Assembly: GCA_023898465.1 (NCBI GenBank) | Contig: CP060223.1 | Location: 288,001 to 352,000 of the forward strand | Reading direction: 5' to 3' | Length of the DNA stretch: 64,000 nt | DNA from: Candidatus Nomurabacteria bacterium | Lineage (GTDB): Bacteria > Patescibacteriota > Patescibacteriia > HK-STAS-PATE-3 | Shown: piece by piece, positions 35,578 through 45,891 of the stretch | How the letters are laid out: each line of letters opens with the position of its first letter | Position numbering within the stretch: the stretch's first letter is position 1 | Made by a program: the position numbers and the translations under genes | The notes under the pieces: model-generated | What the model saw: only the letters and a program-made list of their open reading frames with translations | Database searches by the model: none | What the model was told of the DNA's origin: nothing

Positions 35578-37158
35578 ATGGCAACGAAAAAAGGGACTAG
35601 CACAAAAACTTCTCGAGAAGCACATCTTTGGCCCGCAGTATTGTTAGTCATTGATGGCTTTGGTCACGCGCCAGCCGGCCCAGGGAATGCTGTTACCCTG
35701 GCCAAGACGCCGAACCTAACAAAAATTATGAAAGAAAATCCCTGGACCCTACTTGACGCATCTGGTCCAGCAGTTGGTTTACCCCCGGGTCAGGCAGGAA
35801 ACTCCGAAGCTGGCCATATGAACATCGGGGCAGGTCGAGTTGTATTGCAAGATAGCGTGCATATCACGAAAGAAATTGAAGATGGCCGCTTCTTTAAAAA
35901 TGCCGCATTCCTAGATGCTATCCACCACTGTCAAAAACGCAACAGCCGTGTGCATTTGATGGGGTTACTTTCTAACGAACAGAGTGGGCATAGTAATCCG
36001 GGTCATTTGCAAGCACTCTTAAAGCTCATGCGGCAAAAAAAAGTGAAAGAAGTCTATTTACATCTTTTCACTGATGGTCGCGATACACCTCCCCGTAGCG
36101 GCCTCGGCATGCTTCATAAGTTAGAAAAAACTTTGCGACCAAATGAGCGGGTTGTCAGCATCGCCGGACGTCTATGGGCAATGGATCGTAAGAAAAATTG
36201 GCAGCGAACAGATGCCTCATATCATATGCTTATTGAGGGACAAGGTCATCAAGTAAAATCCGCCTCAGAAGCCATCAGTCAAGGCTATGCGCATGGTACG
36301 ACTGATGAATTTATCGAACCCTCTGTCATATTTGAGAAAGATAAGCCGGTCGGTCGAATCGAGGACGGTGATGCAGTCATTTACTTTAATTTACGTTCTG
36401 ATCGCGCCCGGCAGCTTACCAAGCCTTTTGTGCAGGATAACTTCAAAGAATTCCGTCGCCGCAAAGTCATGCACGACTTAGCCTTTGTGGCTATGACCGA
36501 CTTTGGCCCAGACTTGAATCATTTATTGACTGCGTATCCAAGCGTTGATATTCAGGGCACTTTGCCGATGGCCCTAAAAGGGAAGCGGCAAATGTATATT
36601 GCAGAGAATGAAAAATTCGCCCATGTAACGTATTTCTTAAACGGTGGCTATGCTAACCCGGTGGCAAATGAAGATCGCATTATGATTCCTTCACCTGCGG
36701 TTGCCCATTATGATGAGGTGCCTGGGATGTCCACCCCGGGGATTACCTTGCGTACACTTTCCGTTTTGCAAAAAAAGCAGTACGACTTTATTGGCATGAA
36801 CTTTGCCAATTGCGATATGGTAGGGCATACCGGAAATCTCAAAGCCGCCATCACTGCTGTCGAAACCGTTGATGAGGCGATTGGAACTTTATACAAAGAA
36901 ATCCAAAAGCAGGATGGGTTACTTTTTATAACTGCCGATCATGGCAATGTAGAAAGTATGCTCTTCCCAGAAACCGGTGAGGCCGATACTGAACATTCGC
37001 AAAACCCGGTTCCATTCATTATCGCTGGCAAAGTTCCGAAGCAGTTTAACATTTTGAAAAAAGATGGCGTGTTGGGTCAGGTAGCTCCGACCGTGCTTGA
37101 TACTTTGGGGATCCCCATACCGACAGAAATGAAACTCAGTTCACTATGGCAAAAGTAA
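35578..37158 (+). CDS. gpmI: 2,3-bisphosphoglycerate-independent phosphoglycerate mutase (copy 1)
   Basis: iPGM motifs (LVIDGFG, NSEAGHMNIGAGR, TADHGN). Confidence 0.85.
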   Translation: MATKKGTSTKTSREAHLWPAVLLVIDGFGHAPAGPGNAVTLAKTPNLTKIMKENPWTLLDASGPAVGLPPGQAGNSEAGHMNIGAGRVVLQDSVHITKEIEDGRFFKNAAFLDAIHHCQKRNSRVHLMGLLSNEQSGHSNPGHLQALLKLMRQKKVKEVYLHLFTDGRDTPPRSGLGMLHKLEKTLRPNERVVSIAGRLWAMDRKKNWQRTDASYHMLIEGQGHQVKSASEAISQGYAHGTTDEFIEPSVIFEKDKPVGRIEDGDAVIYFNLRSDRARQLTKPFVQDNFKEFRRRKVMHDLAFVAMTDFGPDLNHLLTAYPSVDIQGTLPMALKGKRQMYIAENEKFAHVTYFLNGGYANPVANEDRIMIPSPAVAHYDEVPGMSTPGITLRTLSVLQKKQYDFIGMNFANCDMVGHTGNLKAAITAVETVDEAIGTLYKEIQKQDGLLFITADHGNVESMLFPETGEADTEHSQNPVPFIIAGKVPKQFNILKKDGVLGQVAPTVLDTLGIPIPTEMKLSSLWQK

Positions 37159-38744
37159 GCTCCTCAGTTTATCGACCCGTCGTGCTTGTTGTCTACGATG
37201 GTTTTGGTGTCGCACCAGCTTCTCGCGGCAATGCCATTAGCTTAGCCAAGACACCACACTTTGACGATATACTCCGGCATTACCCGGCAATTACCCTACA
37301 AGCTTCTGGCGAGGCGGTTGGTTCGCTCTGGGGGGAGTTGGGGAATTCAGAAGTCGGACACATGAATATGGGCGCCGGCCGCATCGTTTATCAGGATTTG
37401 CCGAGAATCACCAAGGCAGTTGCCGACGGCAGTATCATGAAAAATCCAGCCTTGCTTGATGCGGTAAAGCACGTGAAGGAGAAGGGGAGCAGTCTCCATA
37501 TTATGGGATTGATGAGCTCAGGAGGTGTGCATAGTTTTAATGAGCACGCCTATGCTTTACTCGAATTTGCCAAGCATGAAAAAATCGACAAAGTATTTAT
37601 TCATGCCTTCTTAGACGGTCGCGATACGCCGCATAATAGCGCAGAGCGTTTTATTACCAAACTTCAAGCGACAATACAGAGTTTAGGCGTAGGGAAGATT
37701 GCCTCACTCTCTGGACGCTACTGGGCCATGGATCGAGATAATCGTTGGGATAGGATTGAAAAAGCGTATCGCGTATTAGTTGACGGCAATGCAGAACAAA
37801 GCGCAACTGATCCGATGCAAGCAATTCACGACAGCTATGCAAAGAAAGTATACGATGAGGAATTTATACCTACAGTTATCACTGATGCGGCCGGCGCCCC
37901 GATTGGGAAGATAAACAATAACGACGCAGTCATTTTCTTTAATTTCCGACCAGATCGCGCTCGCCAGTTAACCAAGGCATTTGTGCTGCCAGGTTTTGAA
38001 AAGTTTTCTCGTGTCTACATGCCAGATCTCTTTTTTGTGACAATGACTGAGTACGAAAAGGATTTGCCGGTGAGTATTGCCTTCCCACCTGAGCATGTGG
38101 CAGAGCCTCTAGCAAAAGTCCTCTCTGACGCCGGCAAGACACAACTCCATATTGCCGAGACGGAAAAGTATGCCCATGTCACTTTCTTCTTTAACGGAGG
38201 CCGAGAAAAAGCCTATCCGCAAGAGGACCGCATACTTATTCCTTCACCGGCAGTGAATTCCTATGATCAGAAGCCGGACATGAGCGCTCGTGAAATAACC
38301 GATCGCGTGATTGAAGAAATTCAGAGCATGAAGTATGACTTGATTGTTATTAATTACGCAAACGCAGATATGGTGGGTCACACCGGCAAATTGCCAGCGA
38401 CGATTGAGGCAATTGAAATGTTGGATGAGATGACAGCCCGGCTCAAAGAAATTGTCGAGGAGGTAAACGGTGTGTTGCTACTAACTGCTGATCACGGCAA
38501 TGCTGAGGATATGATTAATTTACAAACCGGCTTTTTACAAAAAGAGCACACGACAAATCCTGTCCCATGTATTTTGGTAGGAAAGGCTTTTCGTTCAACG
38601 AAAGATAAAGACACCATGTCGCTCGATCTTTCTTTGCAGACGCCACGAGGATTACTTTCTGATGTTGCACCAACTATTCTCGAGCTGATGGGAGTTGCCA
38701 AACCAAAATCCATGACTGGAAAGAGTTTGCTCCATGTGTTTTAG
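37146..38744 (+). CDS. iPGM paralog (copy 2), tandem to copy 1
   Basis: Same motif set (VVYDGFG, NSEVGHMNMGAGR, TADHGN), same length. Overlaps copy 1 by 13 nt. Confidence 0.85.
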   Translation: MAKVSSSVYRPVVLVVYDGFGVAPASRGNAISLAKTPHFDDILRHYPAITLQASGEAVGSLWGELGNSEVGHMNMGAGRIVYQDLPRITKAVADGSIMKNPALLDAVKHVKEKGSSLHIMGLMSSGGVHSFNEHAYALLEFAKHEKIDKVFIHAFLDGRDTPHNSAERFITKLQATIQSLGVGKIASLSGRYWAMDRDNRWDRIEKAYRVLVDGNAEQSATDPMQAIHDSYAKKVYDEEFIPTVITDAAGAPIGKINNNDAVIFFNFRPDRARQLTKAFVLPGFEKFSRVYMPDLFFVTMTEYEKDLPVSIAFPPEHVAEPLAKVLSDAGKTQLHIAETEKYAHVTFFFNGGREKAYPQEDRILIPSPAVNSYDQKPDMSAREITDRVIEEIQSMKYDLIVINYANADMVGHTGKLPATIEAIEMLDEMTARLKEIVEEVNGVLLLTADHGNAEDMINLQTGFLQKEHTTNPVPCILVGKAFRSTKDKDTMSLDLSLQTPRGLLSDVAPTILELMGVAKPKSMTGKSLLHVF

Positions 38745-38774
38745 TTACTCCTTGTTGTGATATACTAAATATCT

Positions 38775-39398
38775 ATGGAAGGTTTCACTGTCCCCGTAGA
38801 AGTTTCCGCGCGACATCTCCACGTAACTGAGGAGACTTTTCATATCTTATTTGGAGCTGAAGCGAATTTGAGTATTGAGAAAAATATTTCTCAGCCAAAT
38901 CAGTTTATAGCAAAAGAGCGGGTAAAAGTAATCGGACCAAAAGGTTCATTTTCATCTGTTGGTATTGTTGGTCCTTATCGTGCATATACCCAGCTTGAAC
39001 TGGCTAAGAGCGACGCGCGTCACATCGGCGTAGATGCTGCGTTAACCGTGTCTGGCACAGAGGTAGAAAATACCGTGCCAGTGACACTGGAGGGTCCCCT
39101 AGGCTCTGTAACGATTCATAAAGATGTCATTATTGCCGCGCGACATCTCCACTGCGATCCAGCAACGGCAGCTAAGTATGGCCTGAAACATCTGGATAAG
39201 GTAAAAGCGCGAATCACTGGCCCCCGTGGCTTAGCATTTGATCAGGTGGTAGTACGGGCGAGAGAAGGCAAAGACGCATTAGCGCTGCATCTCGATACTG
39301 ATGAAGGGAATGCGGCAGGGGTAGAGCCCGGGACGACTGCGGAACTCATACTAGAAGATATTTCCGACGTGCCGCAGCCTGAATTAACTCTCGACTAG
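38775..39398 (+). CDS. pduL: PduL-type phosphate acyltransferase
   Basis: Two-repeat architecture with duplicated ARHLH motifs (SARHLHV... and AARHLHC...). Confidence 0.7.
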   Translation: MEGFTVPVEVSARHLHVTEETFHILFGAEANLSIEKNISQPNQFIAKERVKVIGPKGSFSSVGIVGPYRAYTQLELAKSDARHIGVDAALTVSGTEVENTVPVTLEGPLGSVTIHKDVIIAARHLHCDPATAAKYGLKHLDKVKARITGPRGLAFDQVVVRAREGKDALALHLDTDEGNAAGVEPGTTAELILEDISDVPQPELTLD

Positions 39399-39399
39399 T

Positions 39400-40545
39400 A
39401 TGTACACTCTTTCCGTGAATGTAGGCAGCTCAAGTATGAAGTTTGCCGTTTTTGCTCGTGATGAAAAGGTGCTACTGCGGGGTGTGCTCGATGGTATGAA
39501 GCGCGTTAATGTTGTTGTGCATTTGCAGTACGGTAACAAGAAGCGAACCTATGATGTGCGCGGGCCAATTCGTTTGGCTAAGGCGTTTCAATTACTTCGC
39601 AGCGCATTAACCGAGGCGGGGATTGATCAGGCAGAAGTATCAAGCGTGGGTCATCGAGTTGTACACGGGGGAAAGTTTGGTCATGCGGTGAAAATTACCC
39701 CGGCAGTATTACGCGAGTTAAAAAAGTACATTCCACTGGCGCCTCTGCATCAAGGTCAAGATATTGAGGCTATACGTACTGCCCAAAAAGTTTTTCCTGA
39801 GGCGCAGCATATAGCGGTTTTTGACACCTCATTCTTTACGCACTTACCTGAAAAAGCAAAATACTACGCGTTACCGCGAGCGATCATGAAGAAATACCAG
39901 CTGCGCCGGGCAGGTTTCCACGGCCCTTCGCACCAGCACGCTGCCCAGTACGCCGCCCAGAAACTCGGCCGGCCTTTGCGTAAACTTAATCTCATCAGCA
40001 TACACCTAGGTTCAGGCTGTAGCATGACGGCAATTCAGCACGGTAAGCCAGTTGATACCTCTATGGGTTTCACTCCATTGGAAGGCTTAGTCATGTCTAC
40101 TCGTTCTGGTGATATTGATCCTGGCCTGATGCTCTTTCTTTTACGACAGGGATGGAACGTTTCCATGATTGATCGATTACTTCATACGCAATCCGGCTGG
40201 TACGGCCTAAGCGGATTTGTAGATTTTCGTGATGTACTTAAAGCATCTGGTTATCCCGTACCAAATTGGAAATTGCCGCATAAAGTAAATACACAACAAA
40301 AGGCCGAGTGTCGGGCGACAGTCGATACTGTGCTGTATCGACTGACCAAGTATCTTGGTGCGTACTGGGCAGTGCTTGGTGAAGTTGATGCAGTTATTTG
40401 TACCGGCGCAATGGGAGCGAAGAATGTCTGGTTTCGGAAGGCTCTGAAATCCTCCTCGCCTTTGTTTCATCATGCGAAGTGGTTAGCGGTGGAATCAGAC
40501 GAAGAGTTATTAATTGCTCGAGCAGTCCATACTACAGTGAAATAA
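39400..40545 (+). CDS. ackA: acetate (propionate) kinase
   Basis: ASKHA-fold motifs: VNVGSSSMKF, VHGG, IHLGSGCS, STRSGDIDPG. Confidence 0.85.
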   Translation: MYTLSVNVGSSSMKFAVFARDEKVLLRGVLDGMKRVNVVVHLQYGNKKRTYDVRGPIRLAKAFQLLRSALTEAGIDQAEVSSVGHRVVHGGKFGHAVKITPAVLRELKKYIPLAPLHQGQDIEAIRTAQKVFPEAQHIAVFDTSFFTHLPEKAKYYALPRAIMKKYQLRRAGFHGPSHQHAAQYAAQKLGRPLRKLNLISIHLGSGCSMTAIQHGKPVDTSMGFTPLEGLVMSTRSGDIDPGLMLFLLRQGWNVSMIDRLLHTQSGWYGLSGFVDFRDVLKASGYPVPNWKLPHKVNTQQKAECRATVDTVLYRLTKYLGAYWAVLGEVDAVICTGAMGAKNVWFRKALKSSSPLFHHAKWLAVESDEELLIARAVHTTVK

Positions 40546-40547
40546 CT

Positions 40548-41045
40548 ATGTGGTTTACGCCTAGTGAATGGATTGAGCTACTCATCTTGTTTTTTGCTAC
40601 CTTACTTATCCCGACCTTTAATTTCGTCTCACCTTTCCGTCCAATCCTTCTCATTATCGCTTTTGCCACTCATATCCACTTTCTTGTTGTTGGTGTGGTG
40701 GCTTCGGTGGGGGCAACGCTCGGCACTTTGCCACTTTACTACGTTGGACGAAAAACGCAGGAAATGGAAAAGGTGCAAACATGGCTGCAGCATCACTCAA
40801 AATGGAAGCGCTTACTTGAGAGAGTAGAACACAGCACATTTCTTGTCCTTTTGCTTTTACTTTGGACACCCTTACCTGATCAACTCGTTGGACTCTATGG
40901 CGGATTTGAGCGCTATACTATGAAAAAGTTTCTCCTAGCAAATTTTATTGGGCGAGCCGTATGGTACATCCCTCTCGCTTTTGCTGCGACAATATTTGAT
41001 GATCCATTAAGTGGCTTATGGCATTGGCTAACCGGGTGGCTATAA
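40548..41045 (+). CDS. hypothetical 4-TM membrane protein
   Basis: Internal ATG right after the ackA stop. Hydrophobic helices. Confidence 0.45.
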   Translation: MWFTPSEWIELLILFFATLLIPTFNFVSPFRPILLIIAFATHIHFLVVGVVASVGATLGTLPLYYVGRKTQEMEKVQTWLQHHSKWKRLLERVEHSTFLVLLLLLWTPLPDQLVGLYGGFERYTMKKFLLANFIGRAVWYIPLAFAATIFDDPLSGLWHWLTGWL

Positions 41046-41086
41046 GTTGCGTGAAAGTAGAAAAATTCGTATACTAGTGGAACGTC

Positions 41087-42832
41087 ATGGAGGAAATAAC
41101 ACTGAAAATTGGGGGTATCGCCGGGGCGGGAATTAAATCTACCGGCGAGATATTTGCAAAAATCTGCTTGCGCTCAGGCTGGCATGTCTTTGATTACACT
41201 GAATATCCCTCACTTATTCGCGGAGGACATAACACCTATCACGTGCGAGCAGCCACGGAGCCAATCTGGAGCACGGTGCAGTATATACACATCCTTATCG
41301 CACTAAATGAGGAGGCCGTACGACTTCATTTGGAGCACGTGATTGAGGGTGGAGTAGTGGTGTACGATCCTTCGGTCGTGGATGCTGAAAAACTTGGTCG
41401 AGGTCGTAGTGATGTGCGCTTTTGTGCAGTACCTTTTGCTGAATTGGCCATTTCCTCAGGCGGTATTGAAAAGATGGGAAATATGGTTTCCATTGGTGCG
41501 GTGGTTGGACTCTTACACGGCTCGCTGAAAATTACCAAGTCAGTTATTGCCGATATTTTTGCCACTAAGGGTGAGCAAATTGTTTCACAGAATGAAGTAG
41601 CGGCTGAGGCTGGCTATGAATATGTGCAAGAGCATTTTTCTGAACCTTTTGCATGGACTTTGCATGAGTTGGATGCGCCTGAACAGATGCTCGTAGCAGG
41701 AAACGAAGCATTAGGCTTTGGCGCTTTAGCCGGCGGCGTGCAATTTTATGCGGGATATCCCATGACACCATCCTCATCCATCCTGCATTTCATGGCCAAA
41801 TACGGGCCAAAGCAGGGCGTGGTAGTGAAGCACGCTAGCGATGAAATTGGTGCAGTAAATATGTGCATTGGCGCTGGATTTGCGGGAGCGCGAGCCATGA
41901 CCGCCAGTTCGGGTGGGGGTTTTTCTCTCATGGTGGAATCACTTGGTCTAGCTGGGATTACCGAAACGCCAATTGTTATTACCGAAGTGCAGCGTGGTGG
42001 TCCAGCCACCGGCCTACCAACCTGGACCGAGCAAGCCGACCTTCGCTTTGTTGCTCATGCCTCACAGGGTGAATTTCCTCGCGTGCTTTTGGCACCTGCT
42101 TCGGTCGAGGAATGCTTTACCCATGCGGCACTGGCACTTAATCTAGCAGAAATCGCACAAACCCCAGTGCTTATCTTGTCTGATAAATTATTGGCAGAGA
42201 GTCAGAAGAGTACAGAGCCTTTCACCTCCAAACACGTTGCTATTGATCGAGGTAAGCTCATGACCACTCGGGAGGCAAATAGACAAAAAGACTACCACCG
42301 TTATGAAATCACAGAGGATGGTATTTCACCTCGAGCTGTACCAGGCCTGCCCAATACACTTTTCCTAGCTAATAGCGATGAGCATGACACCTATGGCTAT
42401 AGTGAAGAGAACGCAGAGAATCGCACCGCAATGGTTGATAAGCGAGCTCGTAAGCTTGAGCAGATTAAGGATTTACTGCCAAAGCCGATAATAATCGGAC
42501 CAAAGCAAGCTGACTACACTTTTATTACCTGGGGATCCACTATGGGCCCGGTGCTTGATGCAATGCGTATCCTCGAGGCTGAGGGACATAGCGTGCAGAT
42601 GTATCGCTTGCCAGTGATACTTCCGTTCCCAAGCGAAGAGGTAACACAATTTCTAGAAACTACCACGCAAACTATTTTAGTAGAGAATAACAGCGAAGGT
42701 CAGCTTGGTGGTTTGATTCGCGAAAAAACTGGTTACGAATTAGATGTGCACATGTTGAAATATGATGGCCGGCCCTTTTTCCCAGAGGAAATTGTACAAA
42801 ACTTTTTAGCAATGATTGAAGAAGCGCATTAA
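41087..42832 (+). CDS. korA: 2-oxoacid:ferredoxin oxidoreductase, fused gamma-alpha subunit
   Basis: Gamma-domain N-terminus (GGIAGAGIKSTGEIFA) followed by the alpha-subunit core. Paired with a TPP-binding beta subunit. Confidence 0.8.
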   Translation: MEEITLKIGGIAGAGIKSTGEIFAKICLRSGWHVFDYTEYPSLIRGGHNTYHVRAATEPIWSTVQYIHILIALNEEAVRLHLEHVIEGGVVVYDPSVVDAEKLGRGRSDVRFCAVPFAELAISSGGIEKMGNMVSIGAVVGLLHGSLKITKSVIADIFATKGEQIVSQNEVAAEAGYEYVQEHFSEPFAWTLHELDAPEQMLVAGNEALGFGALAGGVQFYAGYPMTPSSSILHFMAKYGPKQGVVVKHASDEIGAVNMCIGAGFAGARAMTASSGGGFSLMVESLGLAGITETPIVITEVQRGGPATGLPTWTEQADLRFVAHASQGEFPRVLLAPASVEECFTHAALALNLAEIAQTPVLILSDKLLAESQKSTEPFTSKHVAIDRGKLMTTREANRQKDYHRYEITEDGISPRAVPGLPNTLFLANSDEHDTYGYSEENAENRTAMVDKRARKLEQIKDLLPKPIIIGPKQADYTFITWGSTMGPVLDAMRILEAEGHSVQMYRLPVILPFPSEEVTQFLETTTQTILVENNSEGQLGGLIREKTGYELDVHMLKYDGRPFFPEEIVQNFLAMIEEAH

Positions 42833-42834
42833 GC

Positions 42835-43704
42835 ATGGCCAAAGCAATCGAAAAAAAAGATAAGTTTCACACTGATAAGTCGCCAACTTGGTGCCCGGGC
42901 TGCGGCGATTTCAGTATTTGGATGGCGCTGAAAGAAGCGTTGGAGAAGTTGCAGCTAGAACCAGAAAAAGTTGTGATTGTGTACGGCATTGGTTGTTCTG
43001 GCAATATGGCGAATTATGTCCGCACCTATGGCTTCCACGGCCTGCACGGAAGAGCCTTACCAGTAGGTGAGGCGGTGAAGATGATTAATCCAGGCATGAC
43101 CGTGATCGTAGTCGGTGGAGATGGTGATGGTTTGGGCGAGGGGATCGGCCATTTCTTGCACTCAGTGCGTGGCAATCATGATCTCACGTATATTATTCAT
43201 GATAACCAGGTGTATGGCCTAACCACTGGGCAGACCGCGCCAACCTCAGCTAAGGGTTTTGTTACAAAATCTACTCCCTTCGGCGTCTTGGAAGAGCCGG
43301 TGAACGCCGCAGCACTAGCTTTAGCAGCTGGCGGGCACTTTGTGGCGCGTGGTTTTGCTGGCGAGCAAATGCATTTGGTTGATACTTTGGTTCGAGCTAT
43401 TCAGCACCCTGGCTTCTCGCTTGTAGATGTACTCCAGCCTTGTGTCACTTTTAATGACTTAAATACCTACGCCTGGTTTTTTGAGCGTATTTACAAACTG
43501 GAAGAGAGTGAGTATGCTCCGAATGACCGAATGCAGGCGATGGTAAAAGCAATGGAAAGCGCCACGCTGCCGATTGGTGTGATGTATGAAGGTGAAAGTA
43601 CGCCATATCATTTGGGTGTTGAGGGTCTGGATATTAGTAAGCCTTTAGCTGAGCAAAAGTTGAAGCCGAGAAATATTTCTACGATTGTCGAGCACTACCT
43701 CTAA
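42835..43704 (+). CDS. korB: 2-oxoacid:ferredoxin oxidoreductase beta subunit (TPP-binding)
   Basis: WCPGCGD motif and TPP-binding GDG...N motif. Confidence 0.8.
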   Translation: MAKAIEKKDKFHTDKSPTWCPGCGDFSIWMALKEALEKLQLEPEKVVIVYGIGCSGNMANYVRTYGFHGLHGRALPVGEAVKMINPGMTVIVVGGDGDGLGEGIGHFLHSVRGNHDLTYIIHDNQVYGLTTGQTAPTSAKGFVTKSTPFGVLEEPVNAAALALAAGGHFVARGFAGEQMHLVDTLVRAIQHPGFSLVDVLQPCVTFNDLNTYAWFFERIYKLEESEYAPNDRMQAMVKAMESATLPIGVMYEGESTPYHLGVEGLDISKPLAEQKLKPRNISTIVEHYL

Positions 43705-45496
43705 GATGAGCACCACAACTCAGGAACAGTTTCGGGAGGGGCCGAGCACGTCACGGGCGCGTTGGCTTTTTCGTAACCCAGTCGCCGAAAGCTTTGCCGC
43801 CAGCTTCCCTGAACATAGCGCGGTTATGCTGCAGCTATTGCAGGCACGGGGCTTAGAAAAGCAAACGCAAATTGATGAATTTTTGCAGCCTGATTATGGC
43901 AGCGACGTGCATGACCCTTTCCTTTTTCGTGATATGCACAAAGCGGTTGATCGCATTATTGATGGCGTGAAAAAAAATGAACGCATTGTTGTGTATGGCG
44001 ACTATGATGCTGATGGCGTGTGTGGCGCTTCTGTGCTCTGGTCTACTCTACATGCCCTCGGTGCCAACCCAGGAGTGTATTTACCTGATCGGCAGAGTGA
44101 GGGTTATGGTTTAAATGAAAAAGCCCTAGAGTCGCTTCACTCGCAGGGTTACACTCTCGTAATCACGGTTGATTGCGGTGTGACGAGCGTGGGGGAAGTA
44201 AAGAAGGCAAATGAGTTAGGCATCGACGTTATTATCACTGACCACCATAGCGAGCCGCCGGAGCTACCTGCCGCTTTTGCTATTCTCAACCCAAAACTCG
44301 CTGAAGAAACATATCCATTTCGTGAATTAGCCGGTACTGCTGTAGGTTTTAAACTAGCTCATGCGCTTTTACTTAAAAGTGAGTATGGGAAATCCTTTAA
44401 TCGTGAGCCCCTCGTGCAAGGTTGGGAAAAATGGCTACTTGATTTAGTGGCAATAGCCACTGTAGCAGACATGATGCCGATGTTAGGTGAGAATCGCACG
44501 TTAACCATGTATGGCTTGAAGGTGTTGCAAAAAACCCGCCGCCTGGGATTACGTTCACTTTTCTCTGTCATGCATAATGATCTCGCGAAAGCGGATACCG
44601 AGACTATCGGCTTCATGATAGCTCCACGCTTAAATGCAGCTGGTCGCCTTGATCATGCAAACACTGCTTTTCGTTTACTTGTTACTGAGGACGCCGCTGA
44701 AGCATTCGCACTGGCTGACGATTTAGAACGGACCAATACAGCTCGCCAGGCAGAGACAGAGCGAATCGTTGATGCAGCTATTGAGCAAATTGGATCTGAG
44801 CCCGAGCAACCGATTGTCGGTGCGTATCATCCAGACTGGCAAGTTGGCGTACTGGGATTAGCGGCCGGCCGCCTGGTGCATCGCTATGGACGTCCGGCTA
44901 TTGTTATGGCTAAGGTGCGTGGTCTGGTAACGGGATCAGGACGTTCTATACCTGCGCTAAATCTCATGGAAGCACTTGACCCGCTTCGTCCAAATTTTGA
45001 AAAGTTCGGTGGGCATCCGCAGGCATGTGGCTTCACATTGAAGGCAAATTACACACCAGAGGAATTTGTTATAGATTTTGCCGCGCGCGCCGGAGAGCTG
45101 CTGAAGGGGAGGGAGTTAGCACCGGAATTACTTATTGACGCGGAACTAGTTTTGCATGATGTGAATTGGGATTTACTTGAACAAATTGAGCAACTGGCAC
45201 CTTTTGGACAGAATGCGCGACGTCCAATTTTCGCAGTCCGCAATGTACAGGTCGTTGAAGCGCGCCAGGTAGGCAAGAAAAATCAACACCTCAGCCTTAC
45301 CATTCGTTCTGCGCAGGGGACTGAACATCGTAGCATCGGCTTTACCTGGGGAGAGGAGCACAGTAAACTACCAGTAGGCAAAAATATTGATTTAGCTTTT
45401 GAGCTCAGTGCAGACGAATGGAATGGTGAACGTCGCCTGCAGCTCAAAATACTTGATATTCATTACAGCGATGAAACAGATAATACTTCGATCTGA
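43685..45496 (+). CDS. recJ: single-stranded-DNA-specific exonuclease RecJ
   Basis: DHH motifs (VVYGDYDADGV, ITDHH) and DHHA1 region (GGHPQACG). Confidence 0.85.
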   Translation: MSSTTSKMSTTTQEQFREGPSTSRARWLFRNPVAESFAASFPEHSAVMLQLLQARGLEKQTQIDEFLQPDYGSDVHDPFLFRDMHKAVDRIIDGVKKNERIVVYGDYDADGVCGASVLWSTLHALGANPGVYLPDRQSEGYGLNEKALESLHSQGYTLVITVDCGVTSVGEVKKANELGIDVIITDHHSEPPELPAAFAILNPKLAEETYPFRELAGTAVGFKLAHALLLKSEYGKSFNREPLVQGWEKWLLDLVAIATVADMMPMLGENRTLTMYGLKVLQKTRRLGLRSLFSVMHNDLAKADTETIGFMIAPRLNAAGRLDHANTAFRLLVTEDAAEAFALADDLERTNTARQAETERIVDAAIEQIGSEPEQPIVGAYHPDWQVGVLGLAAGRLVHRYGRPAIVMAKVRGLVTGSGRSIPALNLMEALDPLRPNFEKFGGHPQACGFTLKANYTPEEFVIDFAARAGELLKGRELAPELLIDAELVLHDVNWDLLEQIEQLAPFGQNARRPIFAVRNVQVVEARQVGKKNQHLSLTIRSAQGTEHRSIGFTWGEEHSKLPVGKNIDLAFELSADEWNGERRLQLKILDIHYSDETDNTSI

Positions 45497-45881
45497 CGGC
45501 GGCGCGCGGGGCAACCCAGGTCCAGCCGGTATTGGCGTGGTCCTAGAGGCTGATGGGCAAATCGTAGCAGAAATCAGCGAGTATATTGGTGAAGCGACGA
45601 ACAATGTTGCTGAGTACTCAGCCTTGATTGCTGGTCTGAAAAAAGCTAAAGAATTAGCCGCTACAACCGTGCAGTGCTTTCTCGATAGTCAGTTGATTGT
45701 TGAGCAGATGAATTTACGCTACAAAGTAAAAAATCCAGACTTGGGTAAACTTTTCTTGCAAGCGCAAAACCTGGCACACACTTTTAGTAAAGTGACCTAT
45801 CAGCATGTACCGCGCGAATTAAATAAAGCCGCTGATGCGCTGGTGAATAAGGCGATTGATAGTGCGGTGGGCGCTAGCTAA
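45474..45881 (+). CDS. rnhA: RNase H type I-like protein
   Basis: DGGARGNPGPAG...NNVAEYSAL motifs, as in actinobacterial RNase H domains. Confidence 0.7.
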   Translation, partial: KQIILRSDGGARGNPGPAGIGVVLEADGQIVAEISEYIGEATNNVAEYSALIAGLKKAKELAATTVQCFLDSQLIVEQMNLRYKVKNPDLGKLFLQAQNLAHTFSKVTYQHVPRELNKAADALVNKAIDSAVGAS

Positions 45882-45891
45882 CTTTATTCGC

